A DNA stretch of 64,000 bases from Acutalibacteraceae bacterium (GTDB taxonomy: Bacteria > Bacillota > Clostridia > Oscillospirales > Acutalibacteraceae). The stretch lies in the NCBI GenBank assembly GCA_045544435.1, contig JAZPZA010000020.1:16698-80697 (forward strand), written 5' to 3'. Positions 34,987 to 45,026 of the stretch are shown in pieces. Below the pieces are notes generated by a model. The model saw nothing but the letters and a program-made list of their open reading frames with translations. It did no database searches and was not told the origin of the DNA. A program made the translations under genes and the position numbers. Each line of letters opens with the position of its first letter. Positions within the stretch are counted from its first letter, which is position 1.

Positions 34987-36207
34987 TTATCTTATGCCGT
35001 ATTTCTCAATCACATAGTCCATATCCTTATCGCCTCTGCCTGAAAGGTTGATAAGAATTGAGCCGTGGTCCATAGTTTTTGCAAGCTTCATACCGTATGC
35101 TACAGCATGTGAGCTTTCAATTGCAGGGATTATACCCTCAAGGCGGGAAAGCTTATAGAAAGCATCTATAGTTTCTTCATCATCTATAACATCATATTTT
35201 ACTCTGCCGATGCCCTGCAAAAATGCGTGCTCAGGACCTGAGGAGGGGTAATCAAGACCGCTTGCTACCGAGTAAACGGGCGCGGGCTCACCGTTTTCAT
35301 CCTTAAGCATAATGCTGTTAAAGCCGTGCATTATACCCTCGGTGCCGTATTTAAGGCTTGCCGCGTGGTCGCCAAGCTTTGGTCCGCGACCAAGAGGCTC
35401 GATACCATATATATCGACGGGGTCATTAAGGAAGCCTGCAAAAAGTCCCGCAGCATTTGAGCCGCCGCCCACACAGGCAACAATAGATGTGGGGAGATGT
35501 CCTGTCATATCGATAAACTGCTCACGCGCTTCAATTCCAACAACGCTCTGGAAATCGCGCACCATCATTGGGAATGGGTGGGGACCTAATACCGAACCTA
35601 TGCAGTAAATGGAATCCTTATATTCCTTGCTATACGCATCAAAAGCCGCGTCAACTGCCTCTTTAAGCGTGGCAAGACCGTGGGTAACCTCAACAACATT
35701 GGCGCCGAGTATCTTCATTCGCGCCACATTGGGAGCCTGCTTCTTTATATCAACAGAGCCCATATAAATATCGCATTCAAGACCGAAATATGCGGCGGCA
35801 GTAGCAAGCGCTACACCGTGTTGACCGGCCCCCGTTTCGGCGATAACCTTTTTCTTACCCATATATTTTGCCAAAAGCGCTTCGCCCATACAATGGTTAA
35901 GCTTATGCGCACCCGAATGATTAAGATCCTCACGCTTAGCATATAATTGCACCTTGCCGCCAAGAGCATCGGAAAGTCTTTCAAGATGGGTAACAGGGGT
36001 GGGTCTGCCCTGAAATTCCTTTCTTATTCTGCGAAGCTCTGCAATAAACTTTCTGGACTGACAAATTGAATAATACGCCTCTGTGATTTCAGCCATAGCC
36101 GCTTTAAGGTTATCCTCTATGTAGCAGCCGCCGTATTTACCAAAAAAGCCTTCCTTATCGGGATAATTATTAAAATAGGTATCAAAATCAACGCCATTGA
36201 ATTTCAT
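34987..36207 (-). CDS. trpB: Tryptophan synthase beta chain (stand-alone)
   Basis: ..FGKYGGCYI.., ..[14 protein letters not shown].. (PLP Lys), ..[13 protein letters not shown].., ..[10 protein letters not shown].. Confidence 0.9.
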   Translation of the reverse strand: MKFNGVDFDTYFNNYPDKEGFFGKYGGCYIEDNLKAAMAEITEAYYSICQSRKFIAELRRIRKEFQGRPTPVTHLERLSDALGGKVQLYAKREDLNHSGAHKLNHCMGEALLAKYMGKKKVIAETGAGQHGVALATAAAYFGLECDIYMGSVDIKKQAPNVARMKILGANVVEVTHGLATLKEAVDAAFDAYSKEYKDSIYCIGSVLGPHPFPMMVRDFQSVVGIEAREQFIDMTGHLPTSIVACVGGGSNAAGLFAGFLNDPVDIYGIEPLGRGPKLGDHAASLKYGTEGIMHGFNSIMLKDENGEPAPVYSVASGLDYPSSGPEHAFLQGIGRVKYDVIDDEETIDAFYKLSRLEGIIPAIESSHAVAYGMKLAKTMDHGSILINLSGRGDKDMDYVIEKYGIR

Positions 36208-36294
36208 TTCTATTTCCTCCGTAAATTTATATTAAGTTGATTAATTCAAATTTCAGCAGGCTTGCGCCATCGTTTAGTTAGTATAATCATAAAA

Positions 36295-36572
36295 ACAAAA
36301 AATCCTATCCCTGAAAATACAGGGACAAGACTTTAAAACTCAAATCCTGCGGTACCACCCTTGTTGATGAAATATCATCCGCCTCACACTTATACCAACA
36401 TATAAGCCGCACTATAACGGGTGCACCCCGTCGACTGCTACTAAAGCTCACGCTCGTTCGGTCGCCCTCATAAGTCCATTCACCAAAACATTCGCTACGG
36501 CATTCCCACCATCAGCCGCTCTCTAAAAGCTTCAAATTAAGGTTACTATTCTTAATCATCGGTTTAACTGTT
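36295..36572 (-). promoter_or_regulatory. T-box riboswitch leader, Trp specifier (UGG)
   Basis: The minus strand has agagagcggctgatggtgggaatgcc (stem I) and specifier context gaaUGGa (plus-strand cca at 36476-36478). The T-box caagggtggtaccgcagg lies at about 36345-36362. The terminator gtccctgtattttcagggat plus T run lies at 36295-36326. Confidence 0.85.
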
Positions 36573-36578
36573 AGTAAA

Positions 36579-36607
36579 ATATTAACATTCGAATTATTAA
36601 AAGTCAA
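36579..36607 (-). promoter_or_regulatory. Promoter of the trpB leader
   Basis: On the minus strand: TTGACT (36602-36607), a 17-nt spacer, and TAATAT (36579-36584). Confidence 0.55.
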
Positions 36608-36713
36608 GTGTTTTTTGTTAAACGGGGCACTTGAAAAAAACATTAAAATGTATTATATTATATAATTGGTATAATATTAATATTATTTACACTACCCTGT
36701 TGGAGGTTTTTAT

Positions 36714-37994
36714 ATGTCTGATTATTTAAAAATGAGTGAGGAGCAGCTTAGGGCCGAATACCGCGAGGCTAAGGCAGAATATGAGCAGCTGCGTTCACTA
36801 CATCTCACACTCGATATGTCACGCGGCAAACCTGGTGGAGATAATATGGATTTAAGCGAAAAAATGTTTGACCTTGTTGGTAACGACACAGGCTTTAAGA
36901 ATATTGACGGTATTGACTGCCGCAACTATGGCGGACTTGACGGTCTTTGTGAGCTTAAAAATCTTTTTGCAGAAATTTTAGGTCTTAAGCCCGACCAGAT
37001 TATCGTTGGAGGAAATTCCTCACTTAATATGATGTTTGATACCATCGCTCAGGCTATGACACACGGTCTCGGAGGTGAGCCTTGGGGCAAGCAAGAGGGA
37101 ATAAAGTTTTTGTGCCCCGCCCCGGGATATGACCGTCATTTTGCCATTACTGAATATTTTGGTTTCGAGCTTATACCTGTTGAGCTTCATAAGGACGGCC
37201 CCGATATGGATGCTGTTGAGGAGCTTATTAAGGACGAAAAGGTAAAGGGTATATGGTGTGTTCCTAAATACTCAAACCCCGAGGGTGTTACCTATAGTGA
37301 TGAAGTGGTTCGCCGCTTTGCCGCGCTCAAGCCCGCGGCGCGCGACTTCAAAATTTTCTGGGATAATGCCTATGCAGTTCACGACCTTTATGATGAGGGT
37401 GACAGTCTGCTCAACATTTATGATGAATGTGTTAAAGCGGGAAATCCCGACCTTCCCATTATATTCGCATCCACATCAAAAATCACCTTCCCAGGCGCAG
37501 GTGTTGCAGTTATGGCGGGAAGTCCTAACAATGTGGCTATACTCAAGGGCAGAATGAAGTTTCAAACAATAGGCCCTGATAAGCTTAATCAGCTCAGACA
37601 TGCAAGAATGTTTAAATCGGCAAAAGAATTATATCAGCATATGAAAAAACACGCCGAAATTATTCGTCCGAAATTCGAAAGTGTTCTCACAGAGCTCGAA
37701 AACCGCATTAAAGACACAGGTATCGCGCACTGGACCAACCCAAAGGGCGGCTATTTTATAAGCCTTTATGTGCTTGAGGGTTGCGCCAAGCGTGTTGAAG
37801 CGCTTTGCGCTAACGCGGGTCTTATTCTAACCCCTGCGGGTGCGGCGTATCCTTACGGTATTGACCCTAAGGATTCAAACCTTAGAATTGCTCCCACATA
37901 TCCAAGTGCTGAGGAGATGAAAACCGCAGCGGTTATTCTTTGCGCAGCAGTAAAGGTTGCGGCACTCGAAAAGCTAATATCTGACAAAGCTTAA
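36714..37994 (+). CDS. Class I/II-fold PLP-dependent aminotransferase
   Basis: 426 aa. ..SRGKPGGDNMDLS.., ..FWDNAYAVHDL.. and ..ASTSKITFPGAGVA.. (PLP Lys). Substrate not determinable. Confidence 0.8.
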   Translation: MSDYLKMSEEQLRAEYREAKAEYEQLRSLHLTLDMSRGKPGGDNMDLSEKMFDLVGNDTGFKNIDGIDCRNYGGLDGLCELKNLFAEILGLKPDQIIVGGNSSLNMMFDTIAQAMTHGLGGEPWGKQEGIKFLCPAPGYDRHFAITEYFGFELIPVELHKDGPDMDAVEELIKDEKVKGIWCVPKYSNPEGVTYSDEVVRRFAALKPAARDFKIFWDNAYAVHDLYDEGDSLLNIYDECVKAGNPDLPIIFASTSKITFPGAGVAVMAGSPNNVAILKGRMKFQTIGPDKLNQLRHARMFKSAKELYQHMKKHAEIIRPKFESVLTELENRIKDTGIAHWTNPKGGYFISLYVLEGCAKRVEALCANAGLILTPAGAAYPYGIDPKDSNLRIAPTYPSAEEMKTAAVILCAAVKVAALEKLISDKA

Positions 37995-38060
37995 TTTGTT
38001 TGACTTTGCTATACTGCTTTAGTATAATATATAATAATAAATTATTGGAGGATTTGGAAA

Positions 38061-39437
38061 ATGAAGTCCAAAAGATCACGCAAGTCAACCTTCTTTGTGA
38101 TTTTCGCTCTGATTTTAGCCCTAACCTATCTGGCTTTCTTTGGAATTGAAAATTACTACGGTGACACAAGACAGGTTTACATCAAAGGCGCTAATGACAT
38201 TCGCTGGGGTATTGATATCAGCGGCGGTGTTGAGGCGGTATTCTCCCCCGATAAGGAGGGTATTGAAATCACAGATGAGGATATGGCTGCTGCAAAGTCG
38301 GTTATTGAAACTCGTCTTGTAAACAACAATATCACCGATTACGAGGTTTATACCGATAGCTTTAACCATCAGATAATAGTTCGCTTCCCTTGGGCGGCTG
38401 ATGAGAGTGATTTTGACGCTCAGGCGGCAGTTCAGGAATTGGGTGAGACCGCAATGCTCACCTTCTGCGGCGGTGAGGATAAAAACAATGTTATCCTTAA
38501 AGGCTCTGAGGATATTAAGCAAGCTCAGGCAGGACTTGACGAAAATAATAACTACATAGTTTACCTTGAGCTTACCGATGCTGGCACTTCTAAATTTGCT
38601 ACCGCGACTGCTCAGTATGTTGGACAGACCATTTCCATATGGATGGATGATAATATGATCTCAGCTCCAACAGTAAAGCAGACCATTACAGGCGGTGTTG
38701 CTACTATTGACGGTATGGCAAATGCTGAGGAGGCAACCGACCTTGCTAACAAGATTAACGCAGGCTCTCTCCCCTTCGCACTCACCGTTGATGAAAGCAA
38801 GCTGCAGATAATCTCTCCCTCGTTGGGCTCTGATGCTCTTGAGGTTATGCTTATCGCAGGCGCTGTGGCATTCGCTATAGTTTGCGTTATTATGATAGCT
38901 CGTTACAGAGTAAACGGCGTTGTGGCTGCTATCGCTCTATTAGGTCAGCTTGCGGGCTCTATCGCCTGCATTTCTGGCTTCTTCCCCTCGGCCTCCAGCT
39001 TCACACTCACCATCCCCGGTATTGCGGGTATTATTCTTTCTACCGGTGTGGGTGTTGACTGTAATGTTATCGCATCCGAGCGTATTCGTGATGAGTTTGC
39101 AAAGGGCAAGAGCATTGATGCGGCGATCCAGTCAGGCTTCAAAAACAGTCTTAGCGCTATTATAGACGGTAATGTTACCATCGTTATCGTATCGATAGTT
39201 CTTATGGGTGCTTTTGGTTCACCCGATAGCCTGCTTGCAAAGCTGTTCTCACCCATTATGTCGCTGTTTGGAACTTCGATAACAGGCTCCATTTATTCCT
39301 TTGGTTACACACTTCTTATCGGCGTTATATTCAACCTTATTATGGGCGTTCTTGCTTCCAAGTATATGCTTAAGAGTATTTCTCAGCTTAAATTTATGAG
39401 AAAGCCCGCTTTTTACGGAGGTAAGAAAAATGGCTAA
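38061..39437 (+). CDS. secD: Protein translocase subunit SecD
   Basis: N-terminal TM, periplasmic-type domain ..IRWGIDISGGVE.., and a C-terminal six-TM bundle. It overlaps secF by 8 nt. Confidence 0.9.
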   Translation: MKSKRSRKSTFFVIFALILALTYLAFFGIENYYGDTRQVYIKGANDIRWGIDISGGVEAVFSPDKEGIEITDEDMAAAKSVIETRLVNNNITDYEVYTDSFNHQIIVRFPWAADESDFDAQAAVQELGETAMLTFCGGEDKNNVILKGSEDIKQAQAGLDENNNYIVYLELTDAGTSKFATATAQYVGQTISIWMDDNMISAPTVKQTITGGVATIDGMANAEEATDLANKINAGSLPFALTVDESKLQIISPSLGSDALEVMLIAGAVAFAIVCVIMIARYRVNGVVAAIALLGQLAGSIACISGFFPSASSFTLTIPGIAGIILSTGVGVDCNVIASERIRDEFAKGKSIDAAIQSGFKNSLSAIIDGNVTIVIVSIVLMGAFGSPDSLLAKLFSPIMSLFGTSITGSIYSFGYTLLIGVIFNLIMGVLASKYMLKSISQLKFMRKPAFYGGKKNG

Positions 39438-40350
39438 TAATAAAACAATAAATACTAAAAAGGCTTTCAAAATTTCAATTATTGCTTATGCATTAGTAAT
39501 AATTGCAGGCATTATAGTAACTCTTATCGCAGGTCCTAAGCTTGATATCAACTTCTCAGGCGGTACAAAGATTTCCTATTCATATACAGGCGACCTTGCT
39601 GAAGATGATTTCAAATCAGCGGTTGACGGTGTTTTAGAGCAGGACTTTTCTGTTAGTGCTAACACCTCTCTTGCGGGTGATGTTAAAACCTATGTTATCA
39701 CACTGGCTGGCAAGCAGTCGATTTCGGCTCAAATTCAGGAGGATATAACAACCACACTTCAGGAGAGCTTTAAAGAAAACGAAATCGAGCTTTATGACTC
39801 CACCTCTGTTAGCGCCACTGTTGCAGGCAGCTTCTTTATAAAGAGCCTTGTGGCAGTTGTTATAACCGCCGCGCTTGTTGTGATTTATGTGGGCATCCGT
39901 TTCAGAAAAATCGGTGGCGTTTCCGCAGCACTTACTGCGCTTGCAGCGCTTGTGCTTGACCTACTGGTAAGCTTCTTTGCTTGCGTTATCTTCCGCTTGC
40001 CGATAGATTCCAACTATATGGCGGTAGTTCTCACAATTCTTGGTTACTCGCTTAACGACACCATCGTTATCTACGACAGGGTTAGAGAAAACAAGCGTCT
40101 CTTCCCCGAAATCTCTGTTGGTGAGAATATGGATATGAGTATCGGCGGTGTAATCACTCGAAACATCGTAACCACAACAACCACCGTTTGTGCGGTTATG
40201 ACGATAGTTGTTGTATCCGAGCTTTGCGGACTCACAACACTTCGCTCATTTGCAATACCAATGGCATTCGGTCTTTTATCGGGCTGTGTTTCATCACTGT
40301 TCGTTTCGGGCCCGCTGTGGGTTATGTATAAAGAAAGAAAAGCAAAATAA
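39430..40350 (+). CDS. secF: Protein translocase subunit SecF
   Basis: ..LDINFSGGT.., ..GYSLNDTIVIYDRVREN.., and synteny with secD. Confidence 0.9.
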   Translation: MANNKTINTKKAFKISIIAYALVIIAGIIVTLIAGPKLDINFSGGTKISYSYTGDLAEDDFKSAVDGVLEQDFSVSANTSLAGDVKTYVITLAGKQSISAQIQEDITTTLQESFKENEIELYDSTSVSATVAGSFFIKSLVAVVITAALVVIYVGIRFRKIGGVSAALTALAALVLDLLVSFFACVIFRLPIDSNYMAVVLTILGYSLNDTIVIYDRVRENKRLFPEISVGENMDMSIGGVITRNIVTTTTTVCAVMTIVVVSELCGLTTLRSFAIPMAFGLLSGCVSSLFVSGPLWVMYKERKAK

Positions 40351-40549
40351 ATTCACAATTCACAATGCACAATGCATAATTAACTAAAAACAAGCCTCTG
40401 CTTTAAATTTGAAGCAGAGGCTTGTTTTTTTAGATTCTTCGCTTACGCTCAGAATGACATATTTAAAGATTGAATTAATTTTTTGTCATTCTGAACAGCT
40501 GCGCTGTGAAGAATCTTAATTGTGAATTATGCATTGTGAATTGTGAATT
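40350..40549. repeat. Composite intergenic repeat C, 200 bp with perfect 20-bp terminal inverted repeats
   Basis: aattcacaattcacaatgca at 40350-40369 is the exact reverse complement of 40530-40549. Inside lie the secF terminator (40386-40431) and the long inverted repeat agattcttcgcttacgctcagaatgaca (40432-40459) / tgtcattctgaacagctgcgctgtgaagaatct (40484-40516). Confidence 0.75.
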
Positions 40550-40730
40550 ACTTGAATATTGTCTGCACGCCGTCAACAATTTCGCCGACTGCCTTTACAA
40601 CCTTAGCAGAGCCTTTAGAAACATTGTGCTTATCGGTCATCACCATTTTGCCCACCATAACTGCGGCGGCTCCTGCCACCATGCCTGCGCCTATCCCTTT
40701 TACAAAAGACATTGTTGATCCTTTTTGCAT
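40548..40730 (-). CDS. Small Gly/Ala-rich membrane-associated protein (60 aa)
   Basis: Start set to ATG 40730 (GGGAGG SD). Translation begins MQKGSTMSFVKGIGAGMVAGAAAVMVGKMV... No confident family assignment. Confidence 0.55.
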   Translation of the reverse strand: MQKGSTMSFVKGIGAGMVAGAAAVMVGKMVMTDKHNVSKGSAKVVKAVGEIVDGVQTIFK

Positions 40731-40787
40731 AATAAAACCTCCCTTTGGGATTATCATACCCTAAAGAGAGGCTTTTATTATTTGAAA

Positions 40788-41339
40788 TTATTTTTTATAC
40801 TCTGAAAACGCAGGATGCAGCTTATCCTTATCAGAAAGCTTGATTTCCATATCGGCAGGGATAGGCCACTCTATGCCTATATCAGGGTCATTCCACATAA
40901 GGCCGCCCTCATCATTGGGGTGATAGTAATCATCCACCTTATAGCAGAACTCTGCCTCGTCAGAGAGCACCACAAAGCCGTGTGCAAAGCCCTTTGGCAC
41001 CAAGAACTGACGCTTATTTTCTGCCGAGAGGATAACGCCCTCCCACTTACCGAATGTGGGTGAGCCCTCACGCAGGTCAACACAAACATCGAAAACCTCA
41101 CCGCGAACGCAACGCACAAGCTTGGTCTGCGGATAATTTATCTGAAAATGAAGTCCGCGGAGCACGCCCTTGGTGGACATAGACTGATTATCCTGAACGA
41201 AATCAATATCAATGCCGCCTGCCTTGAAATCCTCCTTCTGGTAGGTTTCCATAAAGTAGCCGCGGCTGTCGCCGAAGGCTGTTGGCTCAACGATTATTAC
41301 GCCATCAATAGAAGTTTTAATAAAGTTAAACTTACCCAT
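40788..41339 (-). CDS. rfbC: dTDP-4-dehydrorhamnose 3,5-epimerase
   Basis: ..GVIIVEPTAFGDSRGYFMETY.., ..VLRGLHFQ.., ..KLVRCVRGEVFDV.VDLR.. Confidence 0.9.
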   Translation of the reverse strand: MGKFNFIKTSIDGVIIVEPTAFGDSRGYFMETYQKEDFKAGGIDIDFVQDNQSMSTKGVLRGLHFQINYPQTKLVRCVRGEVFDVCVDLREGSPTFGKWEGVILSAENKRQFLVPKGFAHGFVVLSDEAEFCYKVDDYYHPNDEGGLMWNDPDIGIEWPIPADMEIKLSDKDKLHPAFSEYKK

Positions 41340-41342
41340 TAA

Positions 41343-42410
41343 TTAAAGCTCCTTCTTTGCGCTGTACATATTCTCATAGTAGTTCTGATAAGCACCGCTG
41401 GTTACATTATCGAACCATTCCTTATTATCAAGGTACCACTTGAGTGTCTTCTTAATACCAACCTCGAAGCAGGTTTCGGGATACCAGCCGAGCTCGTCCT
41501 TAATCTTCTGTGGGTCGATGCCATAACGGCGGTCGTGGCCCTTGCGGTCGGTAACATGCTTAATCATATGTTCGCCAACGGTTTCATCAACATTTTCTTT
41601 AATATATTCGATGATAGACTTAACAATGAATATGTTAGGACGCTCGTTATGGCCGCCAACATTATAAACTTCGCCAAGTCTGCCGCCGCGGATAACCATA
41701 TCAATAGCCTTGCAGTGGTCCTCAACATAAAGCCAGTCACGAATCTGCATGCCGTCACCATAAACAGGCAAATCCTTGTGCTGGAGTGTGTTGTTCATAA
41801 TAAGCGGGATAAGCTTTTCCGGGAACTGGTAGGGGCCATAGTTATTAGAGCAGCGTGTTATGTTAACGGGGAATTTATAGGTATCGCCGAATGCCTTAAC
41901 AAAGAAATCGGCAGCAGCCTTTGAGGAGGAATAAGGTGAGTGGGGGTCAAGCGGAGTGGTCTCCATAAAGTAGCCAGTTTCACCTAAAGAACCATAAACC
42001 TCATCAGTGGAAACCTGAAGGTATTTAACACCCTCTTTATATTGGTCGTCACCAACAGTCCAAGCAACCTTAGCGCACTGGAGCATATTAACGGTGCCCT
42101 CAACATTTGTCTTAACAAATATTTCAGGGTTAGTGATAGAGCGGTCAACATGGCTTTCAGCCGCAAAGTTTACAACATAATCGATTTCATTTTCTTCGAA
42201 AATCTTGGTGATAGCCTCGCGGTCACAGATATCTGCCTGAACAAAGCTATAACGAGGATTGTTTTCAACGCTCTTAAGATTTTCGAGGTTGCCGGCATAG
42301 GTGAGCTTATCAACATTTATAATTTTAACATCATCATACTTATTAAGCATATAGATGACAAAGTTTGAGCCGATAAAGCCTGCGCCGCCTGTTACTAAAT
42401 AGGTTTTCAT
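41343..42410 (-). CDS. rfbB: dTDP-glucose 4,6-dehydratase
   Basis: MKTYLVTGGAGFIGSNF.., ..STDEVYG.., ..PYSSSKAAAD.. Confidence 0.9.
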   Translation of the reverse strand: MKTYLVTGGAGFIGSNFVIYMLNKYDDVKIINVDKLTYAGNLENLKSVENNPRYSFVQADICDREAITKIFEENEIDYVVNFAAESHVDRSITNPEIFVKTNVEGTVNMLQCAKVAWTVGDDQYKEGVKYLQVSTDEVYGSLGETGYFMETTPLDPHSPYSSSKAAADFFVKAFGDTYKFPVNITRCSNNYGPYQFPEKLIPLIMNNTLQHKDLPVYGDGMQIRDWLYVEDHCKAIDMVIRGGRLGEVYNVGGHNERPNIFIVKSIIEYIKENVDETVGEHMIKHVTDRKGHDRRYGIDPQKIKDELGWYPETCFEVGIKKTLKWYLDNKEWFDNVTSGAYQNYYENMYSAKKEL

Positions 42411-42413
42411 TTT

Positions 42414-43295
42414 TTAGTCCTCCAATTTAGAAATGTATTCTTTTAAAGCGATTTCCCAATCGCGCATTTGGTTACCTACTGTGCATTCAAGCGCCAAGTT
42501 GCGAAGTGAAGAATAAGCCGGGCGCTTGGTGGGGGTGGGGAATTCTTCGGAAGTGCAGGGCTTAACTGTGTCACCAAGTCCTGAATATTCCGCAATTTTA
42601 ACCGCGAAATCATACCATGTGCATTCGCCCTCACCTGTGCAATGATAAATGCCATATTCCTGCGTAAGAGCAAGCTTTAGCAGATGATGCGCTAAATCAT
42701 TTGCATTGGTGGGGTTGCCGCGTTGGTCGTTTACTACTGTAATTCCACCGCGCTCACGAATAACACGGCGAACGGTTTTAACAAAGTTTTTGCCAATGTA
42801 TCCATAAAGCCAAGAGGTGCGAACAACAAAGGTTTTATCACAAAACTCAAGCGCATATTTTTCGCCCAACGCTTTTGATGCGCCGTATGCACTCTGCGGA
42901 TTTACAAGGTCCCACTCAACATAAGGTCTTGTTCCATCTCCTGCGAAAACATAGTCGGTTGAAACATGAACAAACTTAGCATTGTTTTCTTTTGCCGCCT
43001 GAGCCAAGTTTCTAACACCCATCGCATTTACCTTGAAGGCGGTCTCATAATCACTCTCGCAGCCGTCAACATTAGTCATAGCAGCGCAGTTAATTATAAC
43101 ATCGGGGCGGCACTGTTTAACAAATGCCATTACTGCCTGATTATCAACAATATCAAGCTCGTCAATATCGGCAGGGATTATCTCGGCGCCGCAAAGTGCC
43201 TCGGGCATAGTGCCGATTTCACTTCTGCCTGATTTCAAAATCGACTGCAGCTCGTTACCAAGCTGACCGCGTGAGCCTGTAATCATAATTTTCAT
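42414..43295 (-). CDS. rfbD: dTDP-4-dehydrorhamnose reductase
   Basis: MKIMITGSRGQLG.., ..INCAAMTNVDGCE.., ..STDYVF.G.., ..YGASKALGE.. Confidence 0.9.
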   Translation of the reverse strand: MKIMITGSRGQLGNELQSILKSGRSEIGTMPEALCGAEIIPADIDELDIVDNQAVMAFVKQCRPDVIINCAAMTNVDGCESDYETAFKVNAMGVRNLAQAAKENNAKFVHVSTDYVFAGDGTRPYVEWDLVNPQSAYGASKALGEKYALEFCDKTFVVRTSWLYGYIGKNFVKTVRRVIRERGGITVVNDQRGNPTNANDLAHHLLKLALTQEYGIYHCTGEGECTWYDFAVKIAEYSGLGDTVKPCTSEEFPTPTKRPAYSSLRNLALECTVGNQMRDWEIALKEYISKLED

Positions 43296-44047
43296 TTAAT
43301 GCTACCCCTCCACTTAAACAAGAATTTAAAGCAAGAAATTATATGAATAAATAAATATTTTAAGCTTTTAGAGCTCTCCCTTTCCCAAGCGTGTGTAACG
43401 CTAATTTGAGGAAGTATCTGCACGCTGCCGTACTTCTTAGCCTCCAAGCATAAATCAGCATCCTCAAGGTACATAAAATACCGCTTATCAAAGCCGCCGA
43501 TTTTTTTAAATATATCGCTTCTTATACAGAAAAAACAGCCTGAGCAGAAGTTTATATCGGTGGGGACTTCCAACTGCTTGTCCGCCCAGACATAATCACT
43601 TCTGATTTTATCCGAAAGTCTTCCCAAAAAAAGTCTTTTAAAGGTGGGCCGCTCTTTTGGAAGCTTTTGCTCAGTGCCATCGGTATTAAGAATCCTCGGC
43701 ATTGCCATAACCACCTGAGGGTTAGCTTCAAAATAATCCACCATATCGGCAATAACATCTGAGCCTAATGTGATATCGGGATTTACCACAAAGTGATATT
43801 TACCCAATTCTTTTGATAACACCTTATTATGAGCCGCACCAAAGCCTTCGTTTTTAGTGTTTTTCAAAACCTCAAAGCCCATTTCACTGAGCTTTTTATC
43901 GGTGCCATCACAAGAGGCGTTATCTATAACATAAAGCTTTAAAGGGTATTTTTTTGTATGGTCGCGAATACTTTCACAGGTTTCGGGGGCGCGGGCAATA
44001 TCGTTATATGTTACAACCGATGCTGTAACGCTAATCCCGTTGCTCAT
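43292..44047 (-). CDS. Family 2 glycosyltransferase (likely rhamnosyltransferase)
   Basis: ..ASVVTYND.., ..YVIDNASCDGT.., a ..YLEDADLC.. DXD-type motif, and a 4-nt overlap with rfbD. Confidence 0.75.
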   Translation of the reverse strand: MSNGISVTASVVTYNDIARAPETCESIRDHTKKYPLKLYVIDNASCDGTDKKLSEMGFEVLKNTKNEGFGAAHNKVLSKELGKYHFVVNPDITLGSDVIADMVDYFEANPQVVMAMPRILNTDGTEQKLPKERPTFKRLFLGRLSDKIRSDYVWADKQLEVPTDINFCSGCFFCIRSDIFKKIGGFDKRYFMYLEDADLCLEAKKYGSVQILPQISVTHAWERESSKSLKYLFIHIISCFKFLFKWRGSIK

Positions 44048-44105
44048 TGCATCCCCTCCTATGAAATATATAATACCATTTTTTTACAAAATAATCAATA
44101 ATTAA

Positions 44106-45026
44106 TTATTTTAGAAATCCGTTTACTATCTCTTCCTCTGCCTGCTTTTCGGTAAGGCCCAAGGTCATAAGCTTTATAAGCTGCTCGCCCGCAATTTTGC
44201 CGATAGCTGCCTCATGGATGAGCGACGCATCGATATGATTTGCATTGATTTCTGGTATAGCGCTTACCTTTGCATCTCCCATAATAATGGCATCGCATTC
44301 GGTGTGCCCTGTGCAAAGGTTATTGCCGTTTATATTAGATTTATAAATCTGTGTTGAGCTATCGCAGGCTACCGAACGAGAAACCACATTAGCGCTCGAA
44401 TTTTCGCCGTTTAGGTCAACTGTGAAATCTGTGTCGGCATGCTGGGTGCCGTGAGTCATAAGCTTTTCGCGGATAATAAGGGTGCCGCCATCGGCGACCA
44501 CCGCCTTGGTTACGCGGGCTGTGTTGTCAATACCCTTAATCTGGCTGGTTTCCATTTCCATATAACCGCCCTCGGCTATATTGATAACGGTTACGGGATT
44601 CATATTTCTGCCGCCTGTGCCGTCACCCGCGCCATAGTGGCGCTCAATATACTTAACACGCGCATTTTTACCCACAAAAAAGGTGTGGATACCGTCGTGA
44701 CGAGACTCTTCATCTCCGCAGTTATGAATGCCGCAGCCGGCCATAATGGTAACATCGGCATCATCGCCGATTATAAAATCATTGTAAACTAAGTCGTTAA
44801 GTCCGCTCGCATCAATTATAACAGGGATGTGCACCGTCTCACCCTTGGTGTTCGGTCGGATAATTATATCTATACCAGGCTTGTCCTCTTTATTACGGAT
44901 ATCAACATTCTCGGTAACATGTCTTTCAGCCAAGGCACCGTTTGCACGGATATTATAGGCTCCCTCGGGAGTGCCATCCATATCAGCAATTATTTTAAGC
45001 AGTTGCTTTTCGGTATCGTTCATCAC
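44106..45026 (-). CDS. SufB/SufD-family Fe-S scaffold protein, short form
   Basis: 306-aa beta-helix-type sequence ending ..HEAAIGKIAGEQLIKLMTLGLTEKQAEEEIVNGFL, which is the typical Suf B/D C-terminus. It overlaps the sufC-like gene by 4 nt. Confidence 0.75.
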   Translation of the reverse strand: MMNDTEKQLLKIIADMDGTPEGAYNIRANGALAERHVTENVDIRNKEDKPGIDIIIRPNTKGETVHIPVIIDASGLNDLVYNDFIIGDDADVTIMAGCGIHNCGDEESRHDGIHTFFVGKNARVKYIERHYGAGDGTGGRNMNPVTVINIAEGGYMEMETSQIKGIDNTARVTKAVVADGGTLIIREKLMTHGTQHADTDFTVDLNGENSSANVVSRSVACDSSTQIYKSNINGNNLCTGHTECDAIIMGDAKVSAIPEINANHIDASLIHEAAIGKIAGEQLIKLMTLGLTEKQAEEEIVNGFLK

